Below, in pieces: positions 37,294 through 45,281 of a stretch of DNA of 64,000 nt. How positions within the stretch are numbered: the stretch's first letter is position 1; the number at the start of each line of letters is the position of its first letter. Made by a program: the position numbers and the translations under genes. Below the pieces are notes generated by a model. The model was not told the origin of the DNA, did not search any database, and was given only the letters and a program-made list of their open reading frames with translations. The DNA is from Gemmatimonadales bacterium (lineage in GTDB: Bacteria; Gemmatimonadota; Gemmatimonadetes; Gemmatimonadales; Gemmatimonadaceae), in assembly GCA_038205315.1 (NCBI GenBank), contig JBBRBY010000004.1, positions 23,826 through 87,825 on the forward strand, written 5' to 3'.

Positions 37294-37347
37294 GCGATCT
37301 CCGTTGTTTGCCGTACTCCTCAATCTACCATTCGCTTTGCAGAGGCA

Positions 37348-40086
37348 CTACCGGCCAATCCAGTAGTTGACTTTGATCTGAAATACGTTCGTCGGCCGGT
37401 CGCGAAGCAGGAGAGCGCGGTCACGAGTAAAATCGAAGTTTCCAACAGAAGAGTCGCCGGACCGGTTCTGGGTCCAGACAAAATAAACGGTTGAGCCGGG
37501 CCGATACTCCCAACGGAGGACGGCATTGCCGATCAGCGAGCGATACGCAAAGTTGGGATCGCCGAAGGAGAATGACTTCGCCGGCCCGGATCCATCGGGG
37601 TCAACCGTGTAGACTGCGCCGGATGCCGAAGTCGCAGGAGCTCGTGTAATGGAACCGGCATCGCGTCCGTACACCACCTTGTTGAGCGTGCGTGGTGCTG
37701 CGAATTCCCGGAACGACGAGTAGTCGCCGGAAGCGAAGTACGGCTGCGCATAGAGCTGGAGCGTGAGGTTGGGTGTGAACGTCCAATTGACGCGTGTGTC
37801 AAGAGACCACGTTGTCGAGCGCAGATAGCCGAACACGTACCGCTTACCATAGAAGGAAGTCGCCGTTGGATCGGCCTGCGTTGTCACGTACTGCGCGTCG
37901 CTCTCCCTCGAGGCGAACGTGGGCGTGAGGCTGATGAACATGCTGGACGTCGGCTTGAGCGCCACCCCTGGCGACACCGTGAGCATGTGTGTCGATGCGC
38001 CAACGCCGGGAGCGCCTTCGACGCTGATGTTGAATACGGCCCGATCGCGCGGGTCAGTCGATAGCTGCAGCACGCCATCCCTGTACCCCGAGCGTATGAC
38101 TACGGGACCACCGCGCGTCAGCCGATCGTCGAGGACGGCCGGGTGGTAAACCCCGATGCTTCTGAGACGCCAGTAATTCAGGAATTCCATACTGGCGTAA
38201 AACTGGGCCTGCTCGTCGGTGCGATCACCGTCGTAGTTGAACTGCTGCTGCCCGCCGCCAAGTATGACGGCACTGCGGTAAAACCTTCCGGGGGTGGACC
38301 ATTGGCGGCCGACATTGAAGTTCATCCACCTGTAATCGGCGCGGTTGAGGTACGACAGGTCATTCACCTCGAAACCAGGGCTGCGCCAGTTTTGCGCGGT
38401 TTCCCAGAACCAGTTTCCATTGTTCTTGGCCAGCCTGGTGTACAGGCCGTAGCCGCGCAGCGCGGTCGCGCCGGTGTAGTACGATGTCCCGAACAGGCCG
38501 TCGCTCTGAACGCGCCGGTCCGGGCGCTGGAAATAGTGTGCGCTCGATCGCTCGGTGAGCTGGATGGCCTGGGGCGAACCGGCAACGCTGGATGTCGCCA
38601 CGGAGCCGATCCACGAGTAGTCGCGCTGGTGCCAGCGGTGATCCCAGTCGATGCCAGCCGCTTCGGAGTGGCTGCGAAGCCTGTCGCTGAGAACAGTGTC
38701 ACTCATCTGCCGCGCCGTGGACGTCAGCATTCCACCCACCATCGTTGCGCCGTCGCGAAACTCCTTCTTCGCGCGTCCGACAAAGTAATTCGTCAGCGGC
38801 TCGACCTGTTGCGTGAACTCGGGCCCGCCTGGTGTGGTCACGTACGTTGCGTTCTCCCGGTTTGTGAGCGCATCCAGCATCCCTATTGTAAACCCGCTGG
38901 CGGTGCGTCCGGTCACCTTCGCCGCGCCAAGTATCGCGGCCTTGTCGGGAAGATTGTCGTATGCGGCGATGCCATCTACATAGCCATTCAGCTGTGGAGC
39001 GCGACCTATACGCCGCGAATAGAACAGATCCAGGCTCGATGTGTTGCTGCAGAAGTTGCAGTTCATCCCGCCGTAGTCGAACGCGCTGCTACCCGCGACG
39101 AAGAATGGGCGCTTCTCGTCGTAGTACGTTTCATAAGCCGAGAGATTGATCGTCGCTGGATCGACCTCGACCTGGCCAAAGTCGGGATTCACGGTCGCGT
39201 CCAGTGTGAGGTTCGACGTCAGGAGGTACTTGAGATCGAGGCCGGCCGACATCTTGTTCGTGGATGAAGTGTGATAGGGGTCCGAAGGCGCTGCGTACTT
39301 GAACGCCTGACTGGAGAGCGCGTACGGGAGCAGCTCGAATGCCTTCGGCTGTGGGGGTATGCGCAACCCTTCGAGGTTGCCGTAGTATGCCGGGCCGCCA
39401 GCCTCGCTCGCGCGCCAGAACGCCCACATGTCGCGCTCGTTCAGTCGGTCCGCGTAGCGCCAGATCTGCATGCCCCACGTCTGCAGACTGTCGCGCGAGA
39501 ATCTGAGTTGCGAGAACGGGATTCGCATCTCTGCCGTCCATCCGAGCGAATCCACATTGGTCGCCACCTGCCAGATCGGATCCCAGGAAGGATCTCCGTC
39601 GAACTGGTCGCCTTTGACCCCGACCGGATTGACCTCGAAGAGTGCCTGGTCCCGATGATTATGGTACGGGTCGAAAACCACCACGAGCTTGTCGGTAGTC
39701 AGTGAATTGAAGGAGCCGTTATTTCCGTTGCCGTCGAGCAGCTGATCGCGCCGCGCCAGTGGCGCGCGAACTCCTTTCGCGCCGAGTGAATCATAGAGCC
39801 GCGCGCCGATATAGATCGCGTTGTCGTCGTACAGCACCCGTATTTCCGTACGCATTGCCGGCGGCTGGGCCTCGTGCGGCTGGTATTGTGTAAAATCAGT
39901 GATCGGTTTGGCTGTCTGCCACGCCGCGTCGTCCAGCTTGCCGTCGAGCGAAATCGATCCCCTCAGGCGCTGCGCCTGCGCCACAGGCGGCGTGCGTGGA
40001 TGGATGGAGGAGGTGCTGTCCTGAGCACGCGTAACGGCGGGTGCGAGCAATAGCGCGACTACTGCCACTCTCTGATATAGATGCAT
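37348..40086 (-). CDS. Large secreted/outer-membrane protein with CBM9-like N-domain (DUF5916-like)
   Basis: Signal peptide (VAVVALLLAPAVTRAQ). N-terminal GKLDDAAWQTAKPITDFTQYQP...VLYDDNAIYIGARLYD resembles carbohydrate-binding family 9 / DUF5916 proteins, followed by a long beta-rich C-terminus. ATG at 40086. Confidence 0.6.
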   Translation of the reverse strand: MHLYQRVAVVALLLAPAVTRAQDSTSSIHPRTPPVAQAQRLRGSISLDGKLDDAAWQTAKPITDFTQYQPHEAQPPAMRTEIRVLYDDNAIYIGARLYDSLGAKGVRAPLARRDQLLDGNGNNGSFNSLTTDKLVVVFDPYHNHRDQALFEVNPVGVKGDQFDGDPSWDPIWQVATNVDSLGWTAEMRIPFSQLRFSRDSLQTWGMQIWRYADRLNERDMWAFWRASEAGGPAYYGNLEGLRIPPQPKAFELLPYALSSQAFKYAAPSDPYHTSSTNKMSAGLDLKYLLTSNLTLDATVNPDFGQVEVDPATINLSAYETYYDEKRPFFVAGSSAFDYGGMNCNFCSNTSSLDLFYSRRIGRAPQLNGYVDGIAAYDNLPDKAAILGAAKVTGRTASGFTIGMLDALTNRENATYVTTPGGPEFTQQVEPLTNYFVGRAKKEFRDGATMVGGMLTSTARQMSDTVLSDRLRSHSEAAGIDWDHRWHQRDYSWIGSVATSSVAGSPQAIQLTERSSAHYFQRPDRRVQSDGLFGTSYYTGATALRGYGLYTRLAKNNGNWFWETAQNWRSPGFEVNDLSYLNRADYRWMNFNVGRQWSTPGRFYRSAVILGGGQQQFNYDGDRTDEQAQFYASMEFLNYWRLRSIGVYHPAVLDDRLTRGGPVVIRSGYRDGVLQLSTDPRDRAVFNISVEGAPGVGASTHMLTVSPGVALKPTSSMFISLTPTFASRESDAQYVTTQADPTATSFYGKRYVFGYLRSTTWSLDTRVNWTFTPNLTLQLYAQPYFASGDYSSFREFAAPRTLNKVVYGRDAGSITRAPATSASGAVYTVDPDGSGPAKSFSFGDPNFAYRSLIGNAVLRWEYRPGSTVYFVWTQNRSGDSSVGNFDFTRDRALLLRDRPTNVFQIKVNYWIGR

Positions 40087-40153
40087 TTGGCGTCTTTGGT
40101 AATTGTCGGGAACATGCGCTTCCAGGCGATTAGATGTTGCGATCGTACAAAGG

Positions 40154-40197
40154 GTTGCAGCGAACTTGTCGCACCGTTGCAGCGAACTTGTCGCACC
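40154..40197. repeat. Perfect tandem duplication of a 22-bp unit GTTGCAGCGAACTTGTCGCACC
   Basis: Unit at 40154-40175 repeated exactly at 40176-40197. Degenerate GTTGC-initiated copies start at 40136 and 40198. Lies in the divergent intergenic region. Confidence 0.95.
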
Positions 40198-40249
40198 GTT
40201 GCGCGACAATGCGCACACGCTCCGGGCGAACCGTCCATCCGTCTCTCAG

Positions 40250-40265
40250 GGGCACACCACTTGCT
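40250..40265 (+). promoter_or_regulatory. Candidate sigma-54 (-24/-12) promoter for the DUF892 gene
   Basis: GGCAC-N5-TTGC at 40251-40264 (gGGCACACCACTTGCTt) matches the core of TGGCAC-N5-TTGCW. It is oriented toward the ATG at 40312, which has an AAGGAG ribosome-binding site. Confidence 0.4.
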
Positions 40266-40311
40266 TTGACCTCCGAGCAAGATTTCGCAACCAGCCAAGG
40301 AGACCAGAGTC

Positions 40312-40821
40312 ATGGAGATCGACACCCTTTACGACCTGTACGTGGATGAGATCAAGGACCTCTACAGCGCCGAAAACCAGATCCTCAAGGCGTTGCCGAA
40401 GATGATCAGGGCTGCAACGCACAAGCAGCTGAAGCAGGGATTCACCAAGCACGAGCGACAGACAAAGCAGCACGTCAAGCGCCTGGAGCAGATCTGCCGG
40501 TCCTTGGGCGAGACGCCGCGGGGGAAGAAGTGCGTGGGGATGGAAGGAGTGATCAAGGAGGGCGCCGAGCTGATCAAGGAGCGCCCGGATCCTGAAGCAC
40601 TGGACGCCGGACTCATCTCCGCGGCGCAGCACGTGGAGCACTACGAGATGGCTGGCTACGGGACGGTGCGCACCTGGGCGAGGCAGCTGGGCTACGAAGA
40701 CCATGCGCGCCTACTGCAACAAACGCTGGATGAGGAGCGAGAAACTGACGAGACGCTAACTGCGCTGGCGGAGTCGTCGATCAACCTCGATGCCGTAGAA
40801 GGCGACGACGGCGAGGAGTAA
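40312..40821 (+). CDS. Ferritin-like DUF892 (YciE/YciF) family stress protein
   Basis: LYVDEIKDLYSAENQILKALPKM N-terminal signature and a four-helix layout. 169 aa with an acidic tail. Confidence 0.85.
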   Translation: MEIDTLYDLYVDEIKDLYSAENQILKALPKMIRAATHKQLKQGFTKHERQTKQHVKRLEQICRSLGETPRGKKCVGMEGVIKEGAELIKERPDPEALDAGLISAAQHVEHYEMAGYGTVRTWARQLGYEDHARLLQQTLDEERETDETLTALAESSINLDAVEGDDGEE

Positions 40822-40860
40822 GGCGGAGACCGCTACGCTGTAACTTCACCGCGGATGCAG

Positions 40861-40900
40861 CAACGGCTGGCGGACGCATGTTTGCGTTCGCCAGCCGTTG
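40861..40900. terminator. Long GC-rich hairpin between the convergent DUF892 gene and ssb
   Basis: 18-bp stem (CAACGGCTGGCGGACGCA / TGCGTTCGCCAGCCGTTG, one G-U pair) with a TGTT loop. No U-tract on either strand. Confidence 0.55.
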
Positions 40901-40967
40901 CAGGTCCGGCCCGACGAGATCGGTTCAGTTCCTGAAGCCGTCTCGTGTTTCCGTCGCTACCAGTCCA

Positions 40968-41486
40968 TCAGAACGGCAGATCGTCATCCTCATCCTGCAG
41001 GGCCGCCGGAAAGTCCTCGAACTCTCCGCCGGTGGCGGTTGAGTTGCTCTTGGCCGCCGATGCCGGCCGCGCGCTGCGTGATGGAGCTGCATCGCCGTCG
41101 AAATCTCCACCTCCACCGCCGCGACCGCTCAGCATCACCAACTCGCGAACACGAATCTCCGTGGTGTAACGCGTCTGGTTCTCCTTATCCTGCCACTGGC
41201 GATATTCGATCGGGCCTTCGACGAAGAGCTTGTCGCCCTTCTTGACGTACTTCTCGACCACATCGGCCAGTCCCATTCCCTTCTCGCCCGCCTGACCGCG
41301 GCCAGCGTTCCAGACGACGCAGCGATGCCACTCGGTCTTTTCCTGGCGGTCGCCGCTGGGTCCGTTCCACGTCCGCGAAGTCGCGAGAGAGAACGTGGCG
41401 ACGCGGCCACCGTTTGTGGTCGAGCGGATCTCGGGGTCCTGACCAACGTTTCCGATCAACATCGCTTTATTAAGGCTTCGGCTCAT
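40968..41486 (-). CDS. ssb: Single-stranded DNA-binding protein
   Basis: OB-fold N-terminus (LNKAMLIGNVGQDPEIR), a Gly-rich linker, and an acidic C-terminal tip DDDLPF. Confidence 0.95.
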   Translation of the reverse strand: MSRSLNKAMLIGNVGQDPEIRSTTNGGRVATFSLATSRTWNGPSGDRQEKTEWHRCVVWNAGRGQAGEKGMGLADVVEKYVKKGDKLFVEGPIEYRQWQDKENQTRYTTEIRVRELVMLSGRGGGGGDFDGDAAPSRSARPASAAKSNSTATGGEFEDFPAALQDEDDDLPF

Positions 41487-42079
41487 TTTGTCTCCTGGCG
41501 AGGAAGGTGACTCGCCCGTGAAAGTATCCGTTCTACCGATGCCGGCATCAAGCCCTGATCGGTTTCCATAACCCTATCATTGCGACCCGCCGGCGAACCC
41601 GCGCGAAGGTCCGCTCTGAGGACAATTCCGTCCTCGCGCGGCGACTCGTAATATCGCTTGCGTACTGCCATCTCGCCGAATCCGCGCGCCCGGTATAGTT
41701 CGCGCGCCGAGCCGTTCGATGCCCGTACGTCCAGCCACATTTCGCCAGCACCCGCTTGCCGGGTCCGAACCATCACCGCGTCGAGCAGCGCACCACCCAC
41801 GCCCCTGCTTCGCAACCCGGGATCGACCGCAATGTTCAGCAGCTCGGCTTCGTCAGCGACGCACTGCGCGAGCGCATAACCGGCGACGCGGTTCGCCAGC
41901 GCCGTGACTACGAACACGTAATGGGCGGTATCATCGAGGTATCGCGTAAACATCGCGCGGGACCATGGATCGCCAAACGACGCGCGCTCGATGACTACGA
42001 TAGCGGCGAGGTCGGATCGCACGGCATCGTGGATTCCGTCGCTCAAATGGGCAACGGGCGGCCGTGCACCGCCTCCCAT
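41483..42079 (-). CDS. rimI: Ribosomal-protein-alanine N-acetyltransferase (GNAT)
   Basis: GNAT motif A (RSRGVGGALLDAV) and IERASFGDPWS, as in RimI. Context is tsaE-tsaB-rimI. Start uncertain: ATG at 42079, or TTG at 42046 overlapping the tsaB stop (TTGA). Confidence 0.75.
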   Translation of the reverse strand: MGGGARPPVAHLSDGIHDAVRSDLAAIVVIERASFGDPWSRAMFTRYLDDTAHYVFVVTALANRVAGYALAQCVADEAELLNIAVDPGLRSRGVGGALLDAVMVRTRQAGAGEMWLDVRASNGSARELYRARGFGEMAVRKRYYESPREDGIVLRADLRAGSPAGRNDRVMETDQGLMPASVERILSRASHLPRQETK

Positions 42080-42708
42080 TTCACCTGCGCTTCGGCGAGC
42101 CGGCCGTAATCCGGTTCCCACGAATCCAGACTGACCGGTCCGGTGGCTTCTACTTCCTGAAGATGAGCGATAACCGCGGCTGCAGTCGCCGGTGTATCGA
42201 CGTCGAGCGACGCTCCGATGAGCTTCGCCCCGTTCGCCGCGGCGCCACGACGCAGCGCGTCGTCACCGATTATTCTTTGGCGGCCCAGCGTGACAGCAGC
42301 GCCGTCAACTTCCACGTCTGCGGCGAACCACTCGTTTCGGCCAGCGCTGATCGCAACGACGTATCGCCCACTCGGTTGCGCCGCTGACCACGCCAGCACC
42401 GCCAGCGATGACACAACGTACAGCGGCGCGCCGGTGACCGAGCAGATTCCCTTCGCCAGCGCAGCGGCTGACCGAAGACTGGTGAATCCGCCGGGGCCCG
42501 TACCGCATACAAGCGCGCCAAGCTGCGCGGCGCTGACACCGGCAAGTTGAAGGACACTCGCCACCGCCGGCGCAAGCGCCTCGGTGCGCGTTCCAGTAAG
42601 CGGGTTACGCGAAGAAAACGTCACCTCGGCAACAAGGCGCCCATCGCGTGCTATCGCTGTCGATCCGTTCTCGGCCGCGCTCTCGACGATCAGAATTTCG
42701 CCCGTCAT
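42043..42708 (-). CDS. tsaB: tRNA t6A biosynthesis protein TsaB (YeaZ)
   Basis: ASKHA-fold N-terminus (ILIVESAAENGSTAIARDGR), VCGTGPGGFTSLR motif. The ATG at 42708 overlaps the tsaE stop (ATGA). Confidence 0.8.
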   Translation of the reverse strand: MTGEILIVESAAENGSTAIARDGRLVAEVTFSSRNPLTGTRTEALAPAVASVLQLAGVSAAQLGALVCGTGPGGFTSLRSAAALAKGICSVTGAPLYVVSSLAVLAWSAAQPSGRYVVAISAGRNEWFAADVEVDGAAVTLGRQRIIGDDALRRGAAANGAKLIGASLDVDTPATAAAVIAHLQEVEATGPVSLDSWEPDYGRLAEAQVKWEAVHGRPLPI

Positions 42709-43160
42709 CCGGCGAGGAGCAGCCGGCGATCCGGCATTCCGGGGGCGTAGTCGAGCGCGATGGGCACATGCGCGGCGGGAAGCAGACTTCCAGCGCGCTC
42801 CGGCCACTCGACGATCACAAGGGCGTTGGACGCAATGATGTCGCTCCAGCCGATCTGCTGGAGATCCTCCTGCCGCTCCAGTCGGTAGAGATCCACGTGA
42901 TACACCTGCGACCTTGGCGCGGAGTATTCGTGGACAATCGCGTACGTGGGACTGGTAACCGGCTCCGTCACGCCGTAGCCCCGGCAGATTGCCTGCGCAA
43001 GCGTCGTCTTGCCCGCGCCAAGCTCGCCCGTGAGTGCGATCACAAGACTGGGATGCGATTCTGCGCCGAGCCTTTCGCCCCAGTCGATGAGCTCCGTTTC
43101 GGACACGACGAGGTGGCCGCGATCCGCTCGCGGCGGGACGGTGTGATGTTGTGCGTCCAC
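42705..43160 (-). CDS. tsaE: tRNA t6A biosynthesis ATPase TsaE (YjeE)
   Basis: P-loop LTGELGAGKTTLAQAI, SPTYAIVHEY and HVDLYRL motifs. The GTG start overlaps the uvrB stop by 1 nt. Confidence 0.85.
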   Translation of the reverse strand: MDAQHHTVPPRADRGHLVVSETELIDWGERLGAESHPSLVIALTGELGAGKTTLAQAICRGYGVTEPVTSPTYAIVHEYSAPRSQVYHVDLYRLERQEDLQQIGWSDIIASNALVIVEWPERAGSLLPAAHVPIALDYAPGMPDRRLLLAG

Positions 43161-45217
43161 TATTCGTTCCTCAGCGCCGCGAGCGACGGCGACGACTTCT
43201 TCGCCTTCGCGTCACGTTGTGCGCGCAGCTCGAAAAGCTGATCGCGGATGCGCGCCGCACTCTCGAAATCGAGATCCTTCGCCGCCACCTTCATGTCATC
43301 CTCGAGCGATTTGATGAGCGTGTCGATGTCACCGATCTTCGCATACTCCGGTGACGACTCGGCGACCCTCCGCGTCTGCTCAGCCTGGCGGTCCTGGCGC
43401 TCCGAACGTGCGTCGGCGACGCGCGTGATGAACCTCACCTGATCGGTGCTCTTGATGACGCTTCGTGGCGTGATGCCGTGCTCCAGATTGTAGGCTACCT
43501 GAGTGGCCCGGCGTCTCGCCGTCTCATCCATGCAGCGCTTCATCGAGCCGGTGATGCGATCGGCGTAGAAGATGGCTCGGCCGTTTAGATGACGCGCCGC
43601 GCGCCCGGTGGTCTGGATCAGCGAGCGATCGCTCCGCAGGAAACCTTCCTGATCCGCATCGAGAATCGCGACCAGCGACACCTCGGGCATGTCCAGACCC
43701 TCACGCAGCAGGTTGATTCCGACCAGCACGTCGAAGTCGCCGAGCCGAAGGCCGCGGATGATCTCGACACGCTCGATCGCGTCGATATCGGAGTGCATGT
43801 AGCGCACCCTCACGCCCATCTGCTGGAGGTAGTCGGTGAGATCTTCGGACATCCGCTTGGTGAGCGTCGTCACGAGGACACGCTCGTTCTTCTTTTCGCG
43901 GATTCGTATCTCGTTGAGCAGATCGTCAACCTGGCCCCGTACCGGACGTACCTCGATCTCCGGATCGACGAGTCCAGTGGGACGGATGATCTGCTCGACC
44001 ACGACTCCCTCGCTCAGGCGAAGCTCGATGTCACCGGGCGTCGCGGAAACATTGATCGCACGCGGCGTGAGCGAGAGAAACTCATCGAAGGTGAGCGGAC
44101 GATTATCGAGCGCGCTGGGGAGACGGAAGCCGTAGTCGACCAGCGTCAGCTTTCGCGCACGGTCGCCATTGAACATGCCGCCGATCTGCGGCAGCGACAC
44201 GTGAGACTCGTCCACCACGACCAGAAAGTCATCCGGGAAGTAGTCGAAGAGACAGGCCGGACGCTCACCCACTTCACGGCCTGACAGGTGTCGCGAGTAA
44301 TTCTCGATTCCGGCGCACGTTCCGATCTCGAGCATCATCTCGATGTCGAAGTTGGTGCGAGACTCCAGCCGCTGCGCTTCGAGGAGCTTGTTCGTAGTGC
44401 GCAGCTCCATGAGCCGCTCGGCCAACTCCGCCTGAATGCGCCGAACCGCGCGCTCGATGGTGGGACGACTCGTGACGAAGTGTTTCGCAGGATAGATGGC
44501 GGCGCGCTCGAGACTCGCGATGACGTTGCCGGTGAGCGGATCGAACTTGCTTATACGCTCGATCTCGTCGCCCCATAGCTCGATGCGCACGCCCTGTTCC
44601 TCATAGGCCGGCAGAATCTCGACCGTGTCGCCTCGCACACGGAACGTGCCGCGCTCGAATGCGACGTCGTTGCGGCCATACTGAATCTTGACGAGCGAAC
44701 GCAGAATGTCGTCGCGCGGAATCTTCTGTCCCTGCAACAGCGTCACCATCTGCTCGCGGTACTGCACGGGATCGCCAAGACCGTAGATCGCCGACACCGT
44801 GGCCACGATGATGACGTCCTCGCGCTCCATCAGGCTGGAAGTGGCGCGCAGCCGGAGGCGGTCGATGTCCTCGTTGATGGACGCGTCCTTCTCGATGTAC
44901 GTGTCGGTAGTCGGCACGTACGCCTCGGGCTGATAGTAGTCGTAGTAAGAGATGAAATACTCGACCGCGTTGTGCGGGAAGAACGACTTTATCTCGCCAT
45001 AGAGCTGGGCCGCGAGCGTCTTGTTGTGCGAGAGGACCAGTGTCGGCCGGCCATGTGCCGCGATGACGTTGGCGATCGACATGGTCTTTCCGGAGCCAGT
45101 TACTCCGAGCAGCGTCTGAAACCTGTCGCCTCGCTCCAGGCCGCGGCTGAGCTCCGCAATTGCCTTGGGCTGGTCACCAGCCGGCGTGAAAGGGGCCACC
45201 AGATCGAACTTTACCAT
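43160..45217 (-). CDS. uvrB: Excinuclease ABC subunit B
   Basis: GVTGSGKT Walker A, DESH box, helicase motifs, and a C-terminal UVR domain ([14 protein letters not shown]). 685 aa. Confidence 0.95.
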   Translation of the reverse strand: MVKFDLVAPFTPAGDQPKAIAELSRGLERGDRFQTLLGVTGSGKTMSIANVIAAHGRPTLVLSHNKTLAAQLYGEIKSFFPHNAVEYFISYYDYYQPEAYVPTTDTYIEKDASINEDIDRLRLRATSSLMEREDVIIVATVSAIYGLGDPVQYREQMVTLLQGQKIPRDDILRSLVKIQYGRNDVAFERGTFRVRGDTVEILPAYEEQGVRIELWGDEIERISKFDPLTGNVIASLERAAIYPAKHFVTSRPTIERAVRRIQAELAERLMELRTTNKLLEAQRLESRTNFDIEMMLEIGTCAGIENYSRHLSGREVGERPACLFDYFPDDFLVVVDESHVSLPQIGGMFNGDRARKLTLVDYGFRLPSALDNRPLTFDEFLSLTPRAINVSATPGDIELRLSEGVVVEQIIRPTGLVDPEIEVRPVRGQVDDLLNEIRIREKKNERVLVTTLTKRMSEDLTDYLQQMGVRVRYMHSDIDAIERVEIIRGLRLGDFDVLVGINLLREGLDMPEVSLVAILDADQEGFLRSDRSLIQTTGRAARHLNGRAIFYADRITGSMKRCMDETARRRATQVAYNLEHGITPRSVIKSTDQVRFITRVADARSERQDRQAEQTRRVAESSPEYAKIGDIDTLIKSLEDDMKVAAKDLDFESAARIRDQLFELRAQRDAKAKKSSPSLAALRNE

Positions 45218-45249
45218 GAGTACCGAAATTTAACCGAAGATCCCGCGAG

Positions 45250-45261
45250 GAACGAGTGTTC
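45250..45261. promoter_or_regulatory. GAAC-N4-GTTC palindrome upstream of uvrB (candidate Cheo-box-type LexA operator)
   Basis: GAACGAGTGTTC lies 33-44 nt upstream of the uvrB ATG. On the uvrB strand it reads TTCGAACACTCGTTCC, close to the CGAAC-N4-GTTCG consensus. Confidence 0.4.
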
Positions 45262-45281
45262 GAAACGTGCTCAGTAACCGT

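Noticed and set aside
40246-40704. 152-aa ORF antisense to the DUF892 gene
   Set aside because: It is a shadow ORF. The plus-strand gene has a clear family signature and a ribosome-binding site.
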